Shown here one piece after another: positions 26,453-41,400 of a stretch of 64,000 nucleotides of DNA. This DNA is from Octopus sinensis (lineage: Eukaryota), in contig NC_042997.1 in the NCBI RefSeq assembly GCF_006345805.1, positions 69,502,001 to 69,566,000 of the forward strand, read 5' to 3'. Both the position numbers and the translations under genes were made by a program. A model generated the notes under the pieces. That model had not been told where the DNA came from. It saw only the letters and a list, made by a program, of their open reading frames with translations, and ran no database searches. Every line of letters starts with the position of its first letter. Position 1 is the first letter of the stretch.

Positions 26453-29400
26453 TGTTTTTTATTCCCACTAGGGGCTACATAGATGGGACAATACAATCGG
26501 GAAAATGAATAATGAATTATGAAGTTTGTACAATGTGGTGCAATGCCCACTCGATCCCCGTAATCGAGCGGTTACATTTCGTCATTTATTTTTATTCGTC
26601 AACAATTTTTCAAATAAAACATTTTATACATTTTCAACATACATTTCAAAAAGTTTTACAAAGTTCAACATTTCTTTTTTTTTTTTTTCCGAATTTAAAG
26701 TTCTTTTATCATTTCCAAATTAAAGTTTTCACAATACCTTTTCTTTTATATATACTCCATTATGTCTACCAAATCTGAGTAAATTTCCATCGTTCGAGGC
26801 ACCTTGGAAGTCGGCATTTCATATGTTTTAACACGTTCTCGCCAGCTGCCTCGATGAACGCCTCGGCGTCGTTCTCGTGGACGAGTGCACCTGTTTCTTT
26901 CCATTCGGTGCCCATCCTGACCCACGTATATCCGTTTGTTTCGCTTATTAAATTTCCATCTCCTGACAGTGCTTTGATGGATCAACGTTCCATAGTATTT
27001 GAATTTTCTATTCGTACCTGCGTTTTCTCTAGTTTTTCTCTTAGGACTTACTTCCTCTTTTTCTCCTCCCTCGGTTTCTCTCTTTCTCTCTTTTTGCTTT
27101 CTCTTCTTTCTTTTCTTCTCTTGTCTTTTTGGCTCTTTGTCTGCCGTCTCTCTACCCTGTGCCTTAAGTTCCTTTCATGTTGTTTCTTTTCCTTTTTGCA
27201 TACCATCTTTTCCTTTCTTTGGTTCTGTTCCTTCTCTTGTTCTTTTCCTGCTTTTTCTCTTTCCTTTAATGTACTTTCTTTTCTTTCTCTTGCTTCTGCC
27301 TTGGCTCCTTCTCCTCTACTTCTGCACCCTGTGAATTTTGCTCCTTTTCTACTATCTTCTTCCCTTTGTGTTTCATTTTCCTTCAGTGCGCTGTTACTTC
27401 CCTTCTCTTGTTGTTTCTCCGTTATTTCCTTTTCCTTGTTTTCGCTGTTCTTTCCTTCGTGTTCGTTTTCCTTCTCTCCACTTTGTGTCTTTTTGCTCCG
27501 CTGTGAATTCATACAGCGGACATTCCTTTTTTATGTGCCCTCTTGAACCGCACAGGTAGCAATTCGGTTTTCTGCCTTCCACTATTACACTAATTGTTTG
27601 TTTTCTATTTCTATTTGGAAGGGAAATCTTTCGATGTCTTCAATTGTGGCCATCAGCCACAACTCGACTCCGAATCCCTTCCAATTTACAACGTTCGTCT
27701 CCTAATTGACCCTATTTCTACTTCCTCTTTTGCTGCCCCAATAATGGCTGTTACCAGCATTTCTGTTTTAATATTGGGGGCACCTTTGGGACTCTTACCC
27801 GTACCCCTCGTCTTCCTTTATACGTCGGCCACATGGTGAAATTTTCCGCTTTCAGGACAGTGGAAGCCAATGAGGCCGCCACTTCCTTTGTTGCGCATCT
27901 CACCTCCACCGTACCATATTTCTTCCTCTGTCTACAAAAGTCGCTTTTTTCATGATTCCCCAGACATTTCTCTATTCTTCAATCGTCACTCTCACCAGTT
28001 TTCTCGTGTTTCTATCTTGCGTTCTATACGTTATCGTCTTGTTATTTTTTCTTCTATTGTTTCCACAGGCGGGACCAGCTTCACGCTGTCACCCTCCCTT
28101 TTGACGAACTTCTCGTATTCCTTCAATTGTTCTTTTCTAAAGAACACTTCTTTTATCTAAGTGACTCGTCACTTTTTGTTGTGGCGACCCCCGCGTAAGT
28201 CTCCATGACTTGAGGGTCGACACACCTTCTATAAAAGGTTCAAACACGCAGTGGCAAACGCCTCGCGCGATTCAATTTTTGACAATTTTTTTAACAGTTT
28301 TTTCCAAAGTTTCACATGCAAAAAAATAACTCACAACACATTGTGTAAATTTCCGCCGTGGTTGTTTTATTATTACCCCTAGGGGCTACATAGATGGGAC
28401 AATACAATCGGGAAAATGAATAATGAATTATGAAGTTTGTACAATGTGGTTGCAATGCCCACTCGATCCCCGTAACGAGCGGTTACATTTCGTCATTTAT
28501 TTTTATTCGTCAACAATATTTTCAAATAAAACATTTTATACATTTTCAACATACATTTCAAAAAGTTTACAAAGTTCAACATTTCTTTTTTTTTTTTTTT
28601 TTTTTTTTTTCCGAATTTAAAGTTCTTTTTTCATTTCCAAATTAAAGTTTTCACAATACCTTTTCTTTTATATATACTCCATTATGTCTACCAAATCTGA
28701 GTAAATTTCCATCGTTCGAGGCCACCTTGGAAGTCGGCATTTCATATGTTTTAACACGTTTCGCCAGCTGCCTCGATGAACGCCTCGGCGTCGTTCTCGT
28801 GGACGAGTGCACCTGTTTCTTTCCATTCGGTGCCCATCCTGACCCACGTATATCCGTTTGTTTCGCTTATTAAATTTTCCATCTCCTCACAGTGCTTGTG
28901 ATGGATCAACGTTCCATAGTATTTGAATTTTTATTCGTACCTGCGTTTTCTCTAGTTTTTCTCTTAGGACTTACTTCCTCTTTTTTCTCCTCCCTCGGTC
29001 TCTCTTTCTCTCTTTTTGCTTTCTCTTCTTTCTTTTCCTTTCTTGTCTTTTTGCTCTTTGTCTGCCGTCTCTCTACCTGTGCCTTAAGTTCCTTTCCTGT
29101 TGTTTCTTTTCCTTTTTGCATACCATCTTTTCCTTTCTCTTGGTTCTGTTCCTTCTCTTGTTCTTTTCCTGCTTTTTCTCTTTCCTTTAATGTACTTTCC
29201 TTTTCTTTCTCTTGCTTCTGCCTTGGCTCCTTCTCCTCTACTTCTGCACCCTGTGAATTTTGCTCCTTTTCTACTATCTTCTCCCTTTGTTTTCATTTTC
29301 CTTCAGTGCGCTGTTACTTCCCTTCTCTTGTTGTTTCTCCGTTATTTCCTTTTCCTTGTTTTCGCTGTTCTTTCCTTCGTGTTCGTTTTCCTTCTCTCCA

Positions 29401-32400
29401 CTTTGTGTCTCTTTTTGCTCCGCTGTGAATTCATACAGCGGACATTCCTTTTTTATGTGCCTCTTGAACCGCACAGGTAGCAATTCGGTTTTCTGCCTTC
29501 ACTATTACACTAATTGTTTTCGTTTTCTATTTCTATTTGGAAGGGAAATCTTTCGATGTCTTCAATTGTGGCCATCAGCACACAACTCGACTCCGAATCC
29601 CTTCCAATTTACAACGTTCGTCCTCTCCTGCTGACCCTATTTCTACTTCCTCTTTTGCTGCCCCAATAATGGCTGTTACCAGCATTTCTGTTTTAATATT
29701 TGGGGGCACCTTTGGACTCTTACCCGTACCCCCGTCTTCCTTTATACGTCGGCCACATGGTGAAATTTTCCGCTTTCAGGACAGTGGAAGCCAATGAGGC
29801 CGCCACTTCCTTTGTTGCGCATCTCACCTCCACCGTACCATATTTCTTTCCTCTGTCTACAAAGTCGCTTTTTTCATGATGTCCCCCAGACATTCTCTAT
29901 TTCTTCAATCGTCACTCTCACCAGTTTTCTCGTGTTTCTGTTTATCTTGCGTTCTACGTTATCGTCTTGTTATTTTTTCTTCTTGTTTCCACAGGCGGGA
30001 CCAGCTTCACGCTGTCACCCTCCTTTTGACGAACTTCTCGTATTCCTTCAATTGTTCTTTTAAAAACACTTCTTTTATTCTAAGTGACTCGTCATTTTGT
30101 TGTGGCGACCCCCGCGTAAGTCTCCATGACTTGAGGGTCGACACACCTTCTATAAAAGGTTCAAACACGCAGTGGCAAACGCCTCGCGCGATTCAATTTT
30201 TGACAATTTTTTTAACAGTTTTTTTCCAAAGTTTCACATGCAAAAAAATAACTCACAACACACTTGTGTAAATTTCCGCCGTGGTGTTTTATTATTACCC
30301 ACTAGGGGCTACATAGATGGGACAATACAATCGGGAATGAATAATGAATTATGAAGTTTGTACAATGTGGTGCAATGCCCACTCGATCCCCGAAATCGAG
30401 CGGTTCATTTCGTCATTTATTTTTATTCGTCAACAATATTTTCAAATAAAAACATTTTATAACATTTTCAACATACATTTCAAAAAGTTTTACAAAGTTC
30501 AACATTTCTTTTTTTTTTTTCCGAATTTAAAGTTCTTTTATCATTTCCAAATTAAAGTTTTCACAATACCTTTTCTTTTATATATACTCCATTATGTCTA
30601 CCAAATCTGAGTAAACTTCCATCGTTCGAGGCCACCTTGGAAGGCGGCATTTCATATGTTTTAACCACTTCTCGCCAGCTGCCTCGATGAACGCCTCGGC
30701 GTCGTTCTCGTGACGAGTGCACCTGTTCTTTCCATTCGGTGCCCATCCTGACCCACGTATATCCGTTTGTTTCGCTTATTAAATCTTCCATCTCCTCACA
30801 GTGCTTGTGATGGATCAACGTACCATAGTATTTGAATTCTATTCGTACCTGCGTTTCTCTAGTTTTTCTCTTAGGACTTACTTACTTCCTCTTTTTTCTC
30901 CTCCCTCGGTTCTCTCTTTCTCTCTTTTTGCTTTCTTCTTTCTTTTCCTTCTTTGTCTTTTGCTCTTTGTCTGCCGTCTCTCTACCCTGTGCTTAAGTTC
31001 CTTTCCTGTGTTTTCTTTTCCTTTTTGCATACCATCTTTTCCTTTCTCTTGGTTCTGTTCCTTCTCTTGTTCTTTTCCGCTTTTTCTCTTTCCTTTAATG
31101 TACTTCCTTTTCTTTCTCTTGCTTCTGCCTTGGCTCCTTCTCCTCTACTTCTGCACCCTGTGAATTTTGCTCCTTTTCTACTATCTTCTCCCTTTTGTTT
31201 TCATTTTCCTTCAGTGCGCTGTTACTTCCCTTCTCTTGTTGTTTCTCCGTTATTTCCTTTTCTTGTTTTCGCTGTTCTTTCCTTCGTGTTCGTTTTCCTT
31301 CTCTCCACTTTGTGTCTCTTTTTGCTCCGCTGTGAATTCATACAGCGGACATTCCTTTTTTATGTGCCCTCTGAACCGCACAGGCACAGGGCAATTCGGT
31401 TTTCTGCCTTCCACTATTACACTAATTGTTTTTTCGTTTCTATTTCTATTTGGAGGGAAATCTTTCGATGTCTTCAATTGTGGCCATCAGCCACAACTCG
31501 ACTCCGAATCCCTTCCAATTTAAACGTTCGTCTCCTTAATTGACCCTATTTCTACTTCCTCTTTTCTGCTCCAATAATGGCTGTTACCAGCATTCTGTTT
31601 TAATATTTGGGGGTACCTTTGGGACTCTTACCCGTACCCCTCGTCTTCCTTTATACGTCGGCCACATGGTGAAATTTTCCGCTTTCAGGACAGTGGAAGC
31701 CAATGAGGCCGCCACTTCCTTTGTTGCGCATCTCACCTCACTCCCCGTACCATATTTCTTTCCTCTGTCTACAAAAGTCGCTTTTTCATGATGTCCCCAG
31801 ACATTTCTTATTTCTTCAATCGTCACTCTCACCAGTTTTCTCGTGTTTCTATCTTGCGTTCTATACGTTTCTTCGTGATGTTATTTTTCTCTTCTATTGT
31901 TTCCACAGGCGGGACCAGCTTCACGCTGTCACCCTCCCTTTTGACGAACTTCTCGTATTCCTTCAATTGTTCTTTTCTAAAGAACACTTCTCTTATTCTA
32001 AGAGACTCGTCACTTTTTGTTGTGGCGACCCCCGCGTAAGTCTCCATGACTTGAGGGTCGACACACCTTCTATAAAAGGTTCAAACACGCAGCGGCAAAC
32101 GCCTCGCGCGATTCAATTTTTGACAATTTTTTTAACAGTTTTTTTCCAAAGTTTCACATGCAAAAAATAACTCACAACACACTGGGTAAATTTCCGCCGT
32201 GGTGTTTTATTATTACCCACTAGGGGCTACATAGATGGGACAATACAATCGGGAAAATGAATAATGAATTATGAAGTTTGTACAATGTGGTGCAATGCCC
32301 ACTCGATCCCCGAAATCGAGCGGTTACATTTCGTCATTTATTTTTATTCGTCAACAATATTTTCAAATAAAACATTTTATACATTTTCAACATACATTTC

Positions 32401-35400
32401 AAAAAGTTTTACAAAGTTCAACATTTCTTTTTTTTTTTTTCCGAATTTAAAGTTCTTTTATCATTTCCAAATTAAAGTTTTCACAATACCTTTTCTTTTA
32501 TATATACTCCATTATGTCTACCAAATCTGAGTAAACTTCCATCGTTCGAGGCCACCTTGGAAGGCGGCATTTCATATGTTTTAACACGTTCTCGCCAGCT
32601 GCCTCGATGAACGCCTCGGCGTCGTTCTCGTGGACGAGTGCACCTGTTTCTTTCCATTCGGTGCCCATCCTGACCCACGTATATCCGTTTGTTTCGCTTA
32701 TTAAATCTTCCATCTCCTCACAGTGCTTGTGATGGATCAACGTACCATAGTATTTGAATTTTCTATTCGTACCTGCGTTTTCTCTAGTTTTTCTCTTAGG
32801 ACTTACTTCCTCTTTTTTCTCCTCCCTCGGTTTCTCTCTTTCTCTCTTTTTGCTTTCTCTTCTTTCTTTTTCCTTCTCTTGTCTTTTTGGCTCTTGTCTG
32901 CCGTCTCTCTACCCTGTGCCTTAAGTTCCTTTCCTGTTGTTTCTTTTCCTTTTGCATACATCTTTTTCTTTTTTCTTTTCTTTGTTTTTTTTCCTTCTCT
33001 TGTTCTTTTCCTGCTTTTCTCTTTCCTTTAATGTACTTTCCTTTTCTTTCTCTTGCTTCTGCCTTGGCTCCTTCTCCTCTACTTCTGCACCCTGTGAATT
33101 TTGCTCCTTTTCTACTATCTTCTTCCCTTGTTTTCATTTTCCTTCAGTGCGCTGTTACTTCCCTTCTCTTGTTGTTTCTCCGTTATTTCCTTTTCCTGTT
33201 TTCGCTGTTCTTTCCTTCGTGTTCGTTTTCCTTCTCTCCACTTTGTGTCTCTTCTTGCTCCACTGTGAATTCATACAGCGGACATTCCTTTTTTATGTGC
33301 CCTCTTGAACCGCACAGGTAGCAATTCGGTTTTCTGCCTTCCACTATTACACTAATTGTTTTTTCGTTTTCTATTTCTATTTGGAAGGGAAATCTTTCGA
33401 TGTCTTCAATTGTGGCCATCAGCCACAACTCGACTCCGAATCCCTTCAATTTACAACGTTCGTCTCCTTAATTGACCCTATTTCTACTTCCTCTTTTGCT
33501 GCTCCAATAATGGCTGTTACCAGCATTTCTGTTTTAATATTTGGGGGCACCTTTGGGACTCTTACCCGTACCCTCTCTCCTTTATACGTCGGCCACATGG
33601 TGAAATTTTCCGCTTTCAGGACAGTGGAAGCCAATGAGGCCGCCACTTCCTGTTGCGCATCTCACCTCCACCGTACCATATTTCTTTCCTCTGTCTACAA
33701 AAGTCGCTTTTTTCATGATGTCCCCCAGACATTTCTCTATTTCTTCAATCGTCACTCTCACCAGTTTTCTCGTGTTTCTATCTTGCGTTCTATACGTTAT
33801 CGTCTTGTTATTTTTTCTTCTATTGTTTCCACAGGCGGGACCAGCTTCACGCTGTCACCCTCCCTTTGACGAACTTCTCGCCTTCAATTGTTCTTTTCTA
33901 AAGAACACTTCTTTTATTCTAAGTGACTCGTCACTTTTTGTTGTGGCGACCCCCGCGTAAGTCTCCATGACTTGAGGGTCGACACACCTTCTATAAAAGG
34001 TTCAAACACGCAGTGGCAAACGCCTCGCGCGATTCAATTTTTGACAATTTTTTTAACAGTTTTTTTCCAAAGTTTCACATGCAAAAAAATAACTCACAAC
34101 ACACTTGTGTAAATTTCCGCCGTGGTGTTTTATTATTACCCACTAGGGGCTACATAGATGGGACAATACAATCGGGAAAATGAATAATGAATTATGAAGT
34201 TTGTACAATGTGGTGCAATGCCCACTCGATCCCCGTAATCGAGCGGTTACATTTCGTCATTTATTTTTATTCGTCAACAATATTTTCAAATAAAACATTT
34301 TATACATTTTCAACATACATTTCAAAAAGTTTTACAAAGTTCAACATTTTTTTTTTTTTTTTTTTTTTTTCCGAATTTAAAGTTCTTTTATCATTTCCAA
34401 ATTAAAGTTTTCACAATACCTTTTCTTTTATATATACTCCATTATGTCTACCAAATCTGAGTAAATTTCCATCGTTCGAGGCCACCTTGGAAGTCGGCAT
34501 TTCATATGTTTTAACACGTTGCCAGCTGCCTCGATGAACGCCTCGGCGTCGTTCTCGTGGACGAGTGCACCTGTTTCTTTCCATTCGGTGCCCATCCTGA
34601 CCCACGTATATCCGTTTGTTTCGCTTATTAAATTTTCCATCTCCTCACAGTGCTTGTGATGGATCAACGTTCCATAGTATTTGAATTTTCTATTCGTACC
34701 TGCGTTTTCTCTAGTTTTTCTCTTAGGACTTACTTCCTTTTTTCTCCTCCCTCGGTTTCTCTCTTCTCTCTTTTTGCTTTCTCTTTCTTTTTCCTTCTCT
34801 TGTCTTTTTGGCTCTTTGTCTGCCGTCTCTCTACCCTGTGCCTTAAGTTCCTTTCCTGTTGTTTCTTTTCCTTTTGCATACCATCTTTCCTTTCTCTTGG
34901 TTCTGTTCCTTCTCTTGTTCTTTTCCTGCTTTTCTCTTTCCTTTAATGTACTTTCCTTTTCTTTCTCTTGCTTCTGCCTTGGCTCCTTCTCCTCTACTTC
35001 TGCACCCTGTGAATTTTGCTCCTTTTCTACTATCTTCTTCCCTTTGTTTTCATTTTCCTTCAGTGCGCTGTTACTTCCCTTCTCTTGTGTTTCTCCGTTA
35101 TTTCCTTTTCCTTGTTTTCGCTGTTCTTTCCTTCGTGTTCGTTTTCCTTCTCTCCACTTTGTGTCTCTTTTTGCTCCGCTGTGAATTCATACAGCGGACA
35201 TTCCTTTTTATGTGCCCTCTTGAACCGCACAGGTAGCAATTCGGTTTTCTGCCTTCCACTATTACACTAATTGTTTTTTCGTTTTCTATTTCTATTTGGA
35301 AGGGAAATCTTTCGATGTCTTCAATTGTGGCCATCAGCCACAACTCGACTCCGAATCCCTTCCAATTTACAACGTTCGTCTCCTTAATTGACCCTATTTC

Positions 35401-38400
35401 TACTTCCTCTTTTGCTGCCCCAATAATGGCTGTTACCAGCATTTCTGTTTTAATATTGGGGGCACCTTTGGGACTCTTACCCGTCCCCTCGTCTTCCTTT
35501 ATACGTCGGACGCCACATGGTGAAATTTCCGCTTTCAGGACAGTGGAAGCCAATGAGGCCGCCACTTCCTTTGTTGCGCATCTCACCTCCACCGTACCAT
35601 ATTCTTTCCTCTGTCTACAAAAGTCGCTTTTTTCATGATGTCCCCCAGACATTTCTCTATTTCTTCAATCGTCACTCTCACCAGTTTTTCTCGTGTTTCT
35701 ATCTTGCGTTCTATACGTTATCGTCTTGTTATTTTTTCTTCTATTGTTTCCACAGGCGGGACCAGCTTCACGCTGTCACCCTCCCTTTTGACGAACTTCT
35801 CGTATTCCTTCAATTGTTCTTTTCTAAAGAACACTTCTTTTATTCTAAGTGACTCGTCACTTTTTGTTGTGGCGACCCCCGCGTAAGTCTCCATGACTTG
35901 AGGGTCGACACACCTTCTATAAAAGGTTCAAACACGCAGTGGCAAACGCCTCGCGCGATTCAATTTTTGACAATTTTTTTAACAGTTTTTTTCCAAAGTT
36001 TCACATGCAAAAAAATAACTCACAACACACTTGTGTAAATTTCCGCCGTGGTGTTTTATTATTACCCACTAGGGGCTACATAGATGGGACAATACAATCG
36101 GGAATGAATAATGAATTATGAAGTTTGTACAATGTGGTGCAATGCCCACTCGATCCCCGAAATCGAGCGGTTACATTTCGTCATTTATTTTTATTCGTCA
36201 ACAATATTTTCAAATAAAACATTTTATACATTTTCAACATACATTTCAAAAAGTTTTACAAAGTTCAACATTTCTTTTTTTTTTTTCCGAATTTAAAGTT
36301 CTTTTATCATTTCCAAATTAAAGTTTTCACAATACCTTTTCTTTTATATATACTCCATTATGTCTACCAAATCTGAGTAAACTTCCATCGTTCGAGGCCA
36401 CCTTGGAAGGCGGCATTTCATATGTTTTAACACGTTCTCGCCAGCTGCCTCGATGAACGCCTCGGCGTCGTTCTCGTGGACGAGTGCACCTGTTTCTTTC
36501 CATTCGGTGCCCATCCTGACCCACGTATATCCGTTTGTTTCGCTTATTAAATCTTCCATCTCCTCACAGTGCTTGTGATGGATCAACGTACCATAGTATT
36601 GAATTTTCTATTCGTACCTGCGTTTTCTCTAGTTTTTCTCTTAGGACTTACTTCCTCTTTTTCTCCTCCCTCGGTTTCTCTCTTTCTCTCTTTTTGCTTT
36701 CTTCTTTCTTTTTCCTTCTCTTGTCTTTTGGCTCTTTGTCTGCCGTCTCTCTACCCTGTGCCTTAAGTTCCTTTCCTGTTGTTTCTTTTCCTTTTTGCAT
36801 ACCATCTTTTCCTTTCTCTTGGTTCTGTTCCTTCTCTTGTTCTTTTCCTGCTTTTTCTCTTTCCTTTAATGTACTTTCCTTTTCTTTCTCTTGCTTCTGC
36901 CTTGGCTCCTTCTCCTCTACTTCTGCACCCTGTGAATTTTGCTCCTTTTCTACTATCTTCTTCCCTTTGTTTTCATTTTCCTTCAGTGCGCTGTTACTTC
37001 CCTTTCTTCTGTTGTTTCTCCGTTATTTCCTTTTCCTTGTTTTCGCTGTTCTTTCCTTCGTGTTCGTTTTCCTTCTCTCCACTTTGTGTCTCTTTTTGCT
37101 CCGCTGTGAATTCATACAGCGGACATTCCTTTTTATGTGCCCTCTTGAACCGCACAGGTAGCAATTCGGTTTTCTGCCTTCCACTATTACACTAATTGTT
37201 TTTTCGTTTTCTATTTCTATTTGGAAGGGAAATCTTTCGATGTCTTCAATTGTGGCCATCAGCCACAACTCGACTCCGAATCCCTTCCAATTTACAACGT
37301 TCGTCTCCTTAATTGACCCTATTTCTACTTCCTCTTTTCCTGCTCCAATAATGGCTGTTACCAGCATTTCTGTTTTAATATTTGGGGGTACCTTTGGGAC
37401 TCTTACCCGTACCCCTCGTCTTCCTTTATACGTCGGCCACATGGTGAAATTTTCCGCTTTCAGGACAGTGGAAGCCAATGAGGCCGCCACTTCCTTTGTT
37501 GCGCATCTCACCTCCACCGTACCATATTTCTTTCCTCTGTCTACAAAAGTCGCTTTTTTCATGATGTCCCCCAGACATTTCTCTATTTCTTCAATCGTCA
37601 CTCTCACCAGTTTTCTCGTGTTTCTATCTTGCGTTCTATACGTTATCGTGATGTTATTTTTCTCTTCTATTGTTTCCACAGGCGGGACCAGCTTCACGCT
37701 GTCACCCTCCCTTTTGACGAACTTCTCGTATTCCTTCAATTGTTCTTTTCTAAAGAACACTTCTCTTATTCTAAGAGACTCGTCACTTTTTGTTGTGGCG
37801 ACCCCCGCGTAAGTCTCCATGACTTGAGGGTCGACACACCTTCTATAAAAGGTTCAAACACGCAGCGGCAAACGCCTCGCGCGATTCAATTTTTGACAAT
37901 TTTTTTAACAGTTTTTTTCCAAAGTTTCACATGCAAAAAATAACTCACAACACACTTGGGTAAATTTCCGCCGTGGTGTTTTATTATTACCCACTAGGGG
38001 CTACATAGATGGGACAATACAATCGGGAAAATGAATAATGAATTATGAAGTTTGTACAATGTGGTGCAATGCCCACTCGATCCCCGAAATCGAGCGGTTA
38101 CATTTCGTCATTTATTTTTATTCGTCAACAATATTTTCAAATAAAACATTTTATACATTTTCAACATACATTTCAAAAAGTTTTACAAAGTTCAACATTT
38201 CTTTTTTTTTTTTTCCGAATTTAAAGTCTTTTATCATTTCCAAATTAAAGTTTTCACAATACCTTTTCTTTATATATACTCCATTATGTCTACCAAATCT
38301 GAGTAAACTTCCATCGTTCGAGGCCACCTTGGAAGGCGGCATTTCATATGTTTTAACACGTTCTCGCCAGCTGCCTCGATGAACGCCTCGGCGTCGTTCT

Positions 38401-41400
38401 CGTGGACGAGTGCACCTGTTTCTTTCATTCGGTGCCCATCCTGACCCACGTATATCCGTTTGTTTCGCTTATTAAATCTTCCATCTCCTCACAGTGCTTG
38501 TGATGGATCAACGTACCATAGTATTTGAATTTTCTATTCGTACCTGCGTTTTCTCTAGTTTTTCTCTTAGGACTTACTTCCTCTTTTTTCTCCTCCCTCG
38601 GTTTCTCTCTTTCTCTCTTTTTGCTTTCTCTTCTTTCTTTTTCCTTCTCTTGTCTTTTTGGCTCTTTGTCTGCCGTCTCTCTACCCTGTGCCTTAAGTTC
38701 CTTTCCTGTTGTTTCTTTTTTTTTGCATACCATCTTTTCCTTTCTCTTGGTTCTGTTCCTCTCTTGTTCTTTTCCTGCTTTTTCTCTTTCCTTTAATGTA
38801 CTTTCCTTTTCTTTCTCTTGCTTCTGCCTTGGCTCCTTCTCCTCTACTTCTGCACCCTGTGAATTTTGCTCCTTTTCTACTATCTTCTTCCCTTTGTTTT
38901 CATTTTCCTTCAGTGCGCTGTTACTTCCCTTCTCTTGTTGTTTCTCCGTTATTTCCTTTCCTTGTTTTCGCTGTTCTTTCCTTCGTGTTCGTTTTCCTTC
39001 TCTCCACTTTGTGTCTCTTTTTGCTCCGCTGTGAATTCATACAGCGGACATTCCTTTTTTATGTGCCCTCTTGAACCGCACAGGTAGCAATTGTTTTTTT
39101 TCTGCCTTCCACTATTACACTAATTGTTTTTTCGTTTTCTATTTCTATTTGGAAGGGAAATCTTTCGATGTCTTCAATTGTGGCCATCAGCCACAACTCG
39201 ACTCCGAATCCTTCCAATTTACAACGTTCGTCTCCTTAATTGACCCTATTTCTACTTCCTCTTTGCTGCTCCAATAATGGCTGTTACCAGCATTTCTGTG
39301 TTTTAATATTTGGGGGCACCTTTGGGACTCTTACCCGTACCCCTCGTCTTCCTTTATACGTCGGCCACATGGTGAAATTTCCGCTTTCAGGACAGTGGAA
39401 GCCAATGAGGCCGCCACTTCCTTTGTTGCGCATCTCACCTCCACCGTACCATATTTCTTTCCTCTGTCTACAAAAGTCGCTTTTTTCATGATGTCCCCCA
39501 GACATTTCTCTATTCTTCAATCGTCACTCTCACCAGTTTTCTCGTGTTTCTATCTTGCGTTCTATACGTTTCGTCTTGTTATTTTTTCTTCTATTGTTTC
39601 CACAGGCGGGACCAGCTTCACGCTGTCACCCTCCCTTTTGACGAACTTCTCGTATTCCTTCAATTGTTCTTTTCTAAAGAACACTTCTTTTATTCTAAGT
39701 GACTCGTCACTTTTTGTTGTGGCGACCCCCGCGTAAGTCTCCATGACTTGAGGGTCGACACACCTTCTATAAAAGGTTCAAACACGCAGCGGCAAACGCC
39801 TCGCGCGATTCAATTTTTGACAATTTTTTTAACAGTTTTTTTCCAAAGTTTCACATGCAAAAAATAACTCACAACACACTTGGGTAAATTTCCGCCGTGG
39901 TGTTTTATTATTACCCACTAGGGGCTACATAGATGGGACAATACAATCGGGAAAATGAATAATGAATTATGAAGTTTGTACAATGTGGTGCAATGCCCAC
40001 TCGATCCCCGAAATCGAGCGGTTACATTTCGTCATTTATTTTATCGTCAACAATATTTTCAAATAAAACATTTTATACATTTTCAACATACATTTCAAAA
40101 AGTTTTACAAAGTTCAACATTTCTTTTTTTTTTTTTCCGAATTTAAAGTTCTTTTATCATTTCCAAATTAAAGTTTTCACAATACCTTTTCTTTTATATA
40201 TACTCCATTATGTCTACCAAATCTGAGTAAACTTCCATCGTTCGAGGCCACCTTGGAAGGCGGCATTTCATATGTTTTAACGCGTCTCGCCAGCTGCCTC
40301 GATGAACGCCTCGGCGTCGTTCTCGTGGACGAGTGCACCTGTTTCTTTCCATTCGGTGCCCATCCTGACCCACGTATATCCGTTTGTTTCGCTTATTAAA
40401 TCTTCCATCTCCTCACAGTGCTTGTGATGGATCAACGTTCCATAGTATTTGAATTTTCTATTCGTACCTGCGTTTTCTCTAGTTTTTCTCTTAGGACTTA
40501 CTTCCTCTTTTTCTCCTCCCTCGGTTTCTCTCTTTCTCTCTTTTTGCTTCTCTTCTTTCTTTTCCTTCTCTTGTCTTTTTGGCTCTTGTCTGCCGTCTCT
40601 CTACCCTGTGCCTTAAGTTCCTTCCTGTTGTTTCTTTTCTTTTTGCATACCATCTTTTCCTTTCTCTTGGTTCTGTTCCTTCTCTTGTTCTTTTCCTGCT
40701 TTTTTCTTTCCTTTAATGTACTTTCCTTTTCTTTCTCTTGCTTCTGCCTTGGCTCCTTCTCCTCTACTTCTGCACCCTGTGAATTTTGCTCCTTTTCTAC
40801 TATCTTCTTCCCTTTGTTTTCATTTTCCTTCAGTGCGCTGTTACTTCCCTTCTCTTGTTGTTTCTCCGTTATTTCCTTTCCTTGTTTTCGCTGTTCTTTC
40901 CTTCGTGTTCGTTTTCCTTCTCTCCACTTTGTGTCTCTTTTTGCTCCGCTGTGAATTCATACAGCGGACATTCCTTTTTTATGTGCCCTCTTGAACCGCA
41001 CAGGTAGCAATTCGGTTTTCTGCCTTCCACTATTACACTAATTGTTTTTTCGTTTTCTATTTCTATTTGGAAGGGAAATCTTTCGATGTCTTCAATTGTG
41101 TGGCCATCAGCCACAACTCGACTCCGAATCCCTTCCAATTTACAACGTTCGTCTCCTTAATTGACCCTATTTCTACTTCCTCTTTTGCTGCTCCAATAAT
41201 GGCTGTTACCAGCATTTCTGTTTTAATATTTGGGGGTACCTTTGGGACTCTTACCCGTACCCCTCGTCTTCCTTTATACGTCGGCCACATGGTGAAATTT
41301 TCCGCTTTCAGGACAGTGGAAGCCAATGAGGCCGCCACTTCCTTTGTTGCGCATCTCACCTCCACCGTACCATATTTCTTTCCTCTGTCTACAAAAGTCG

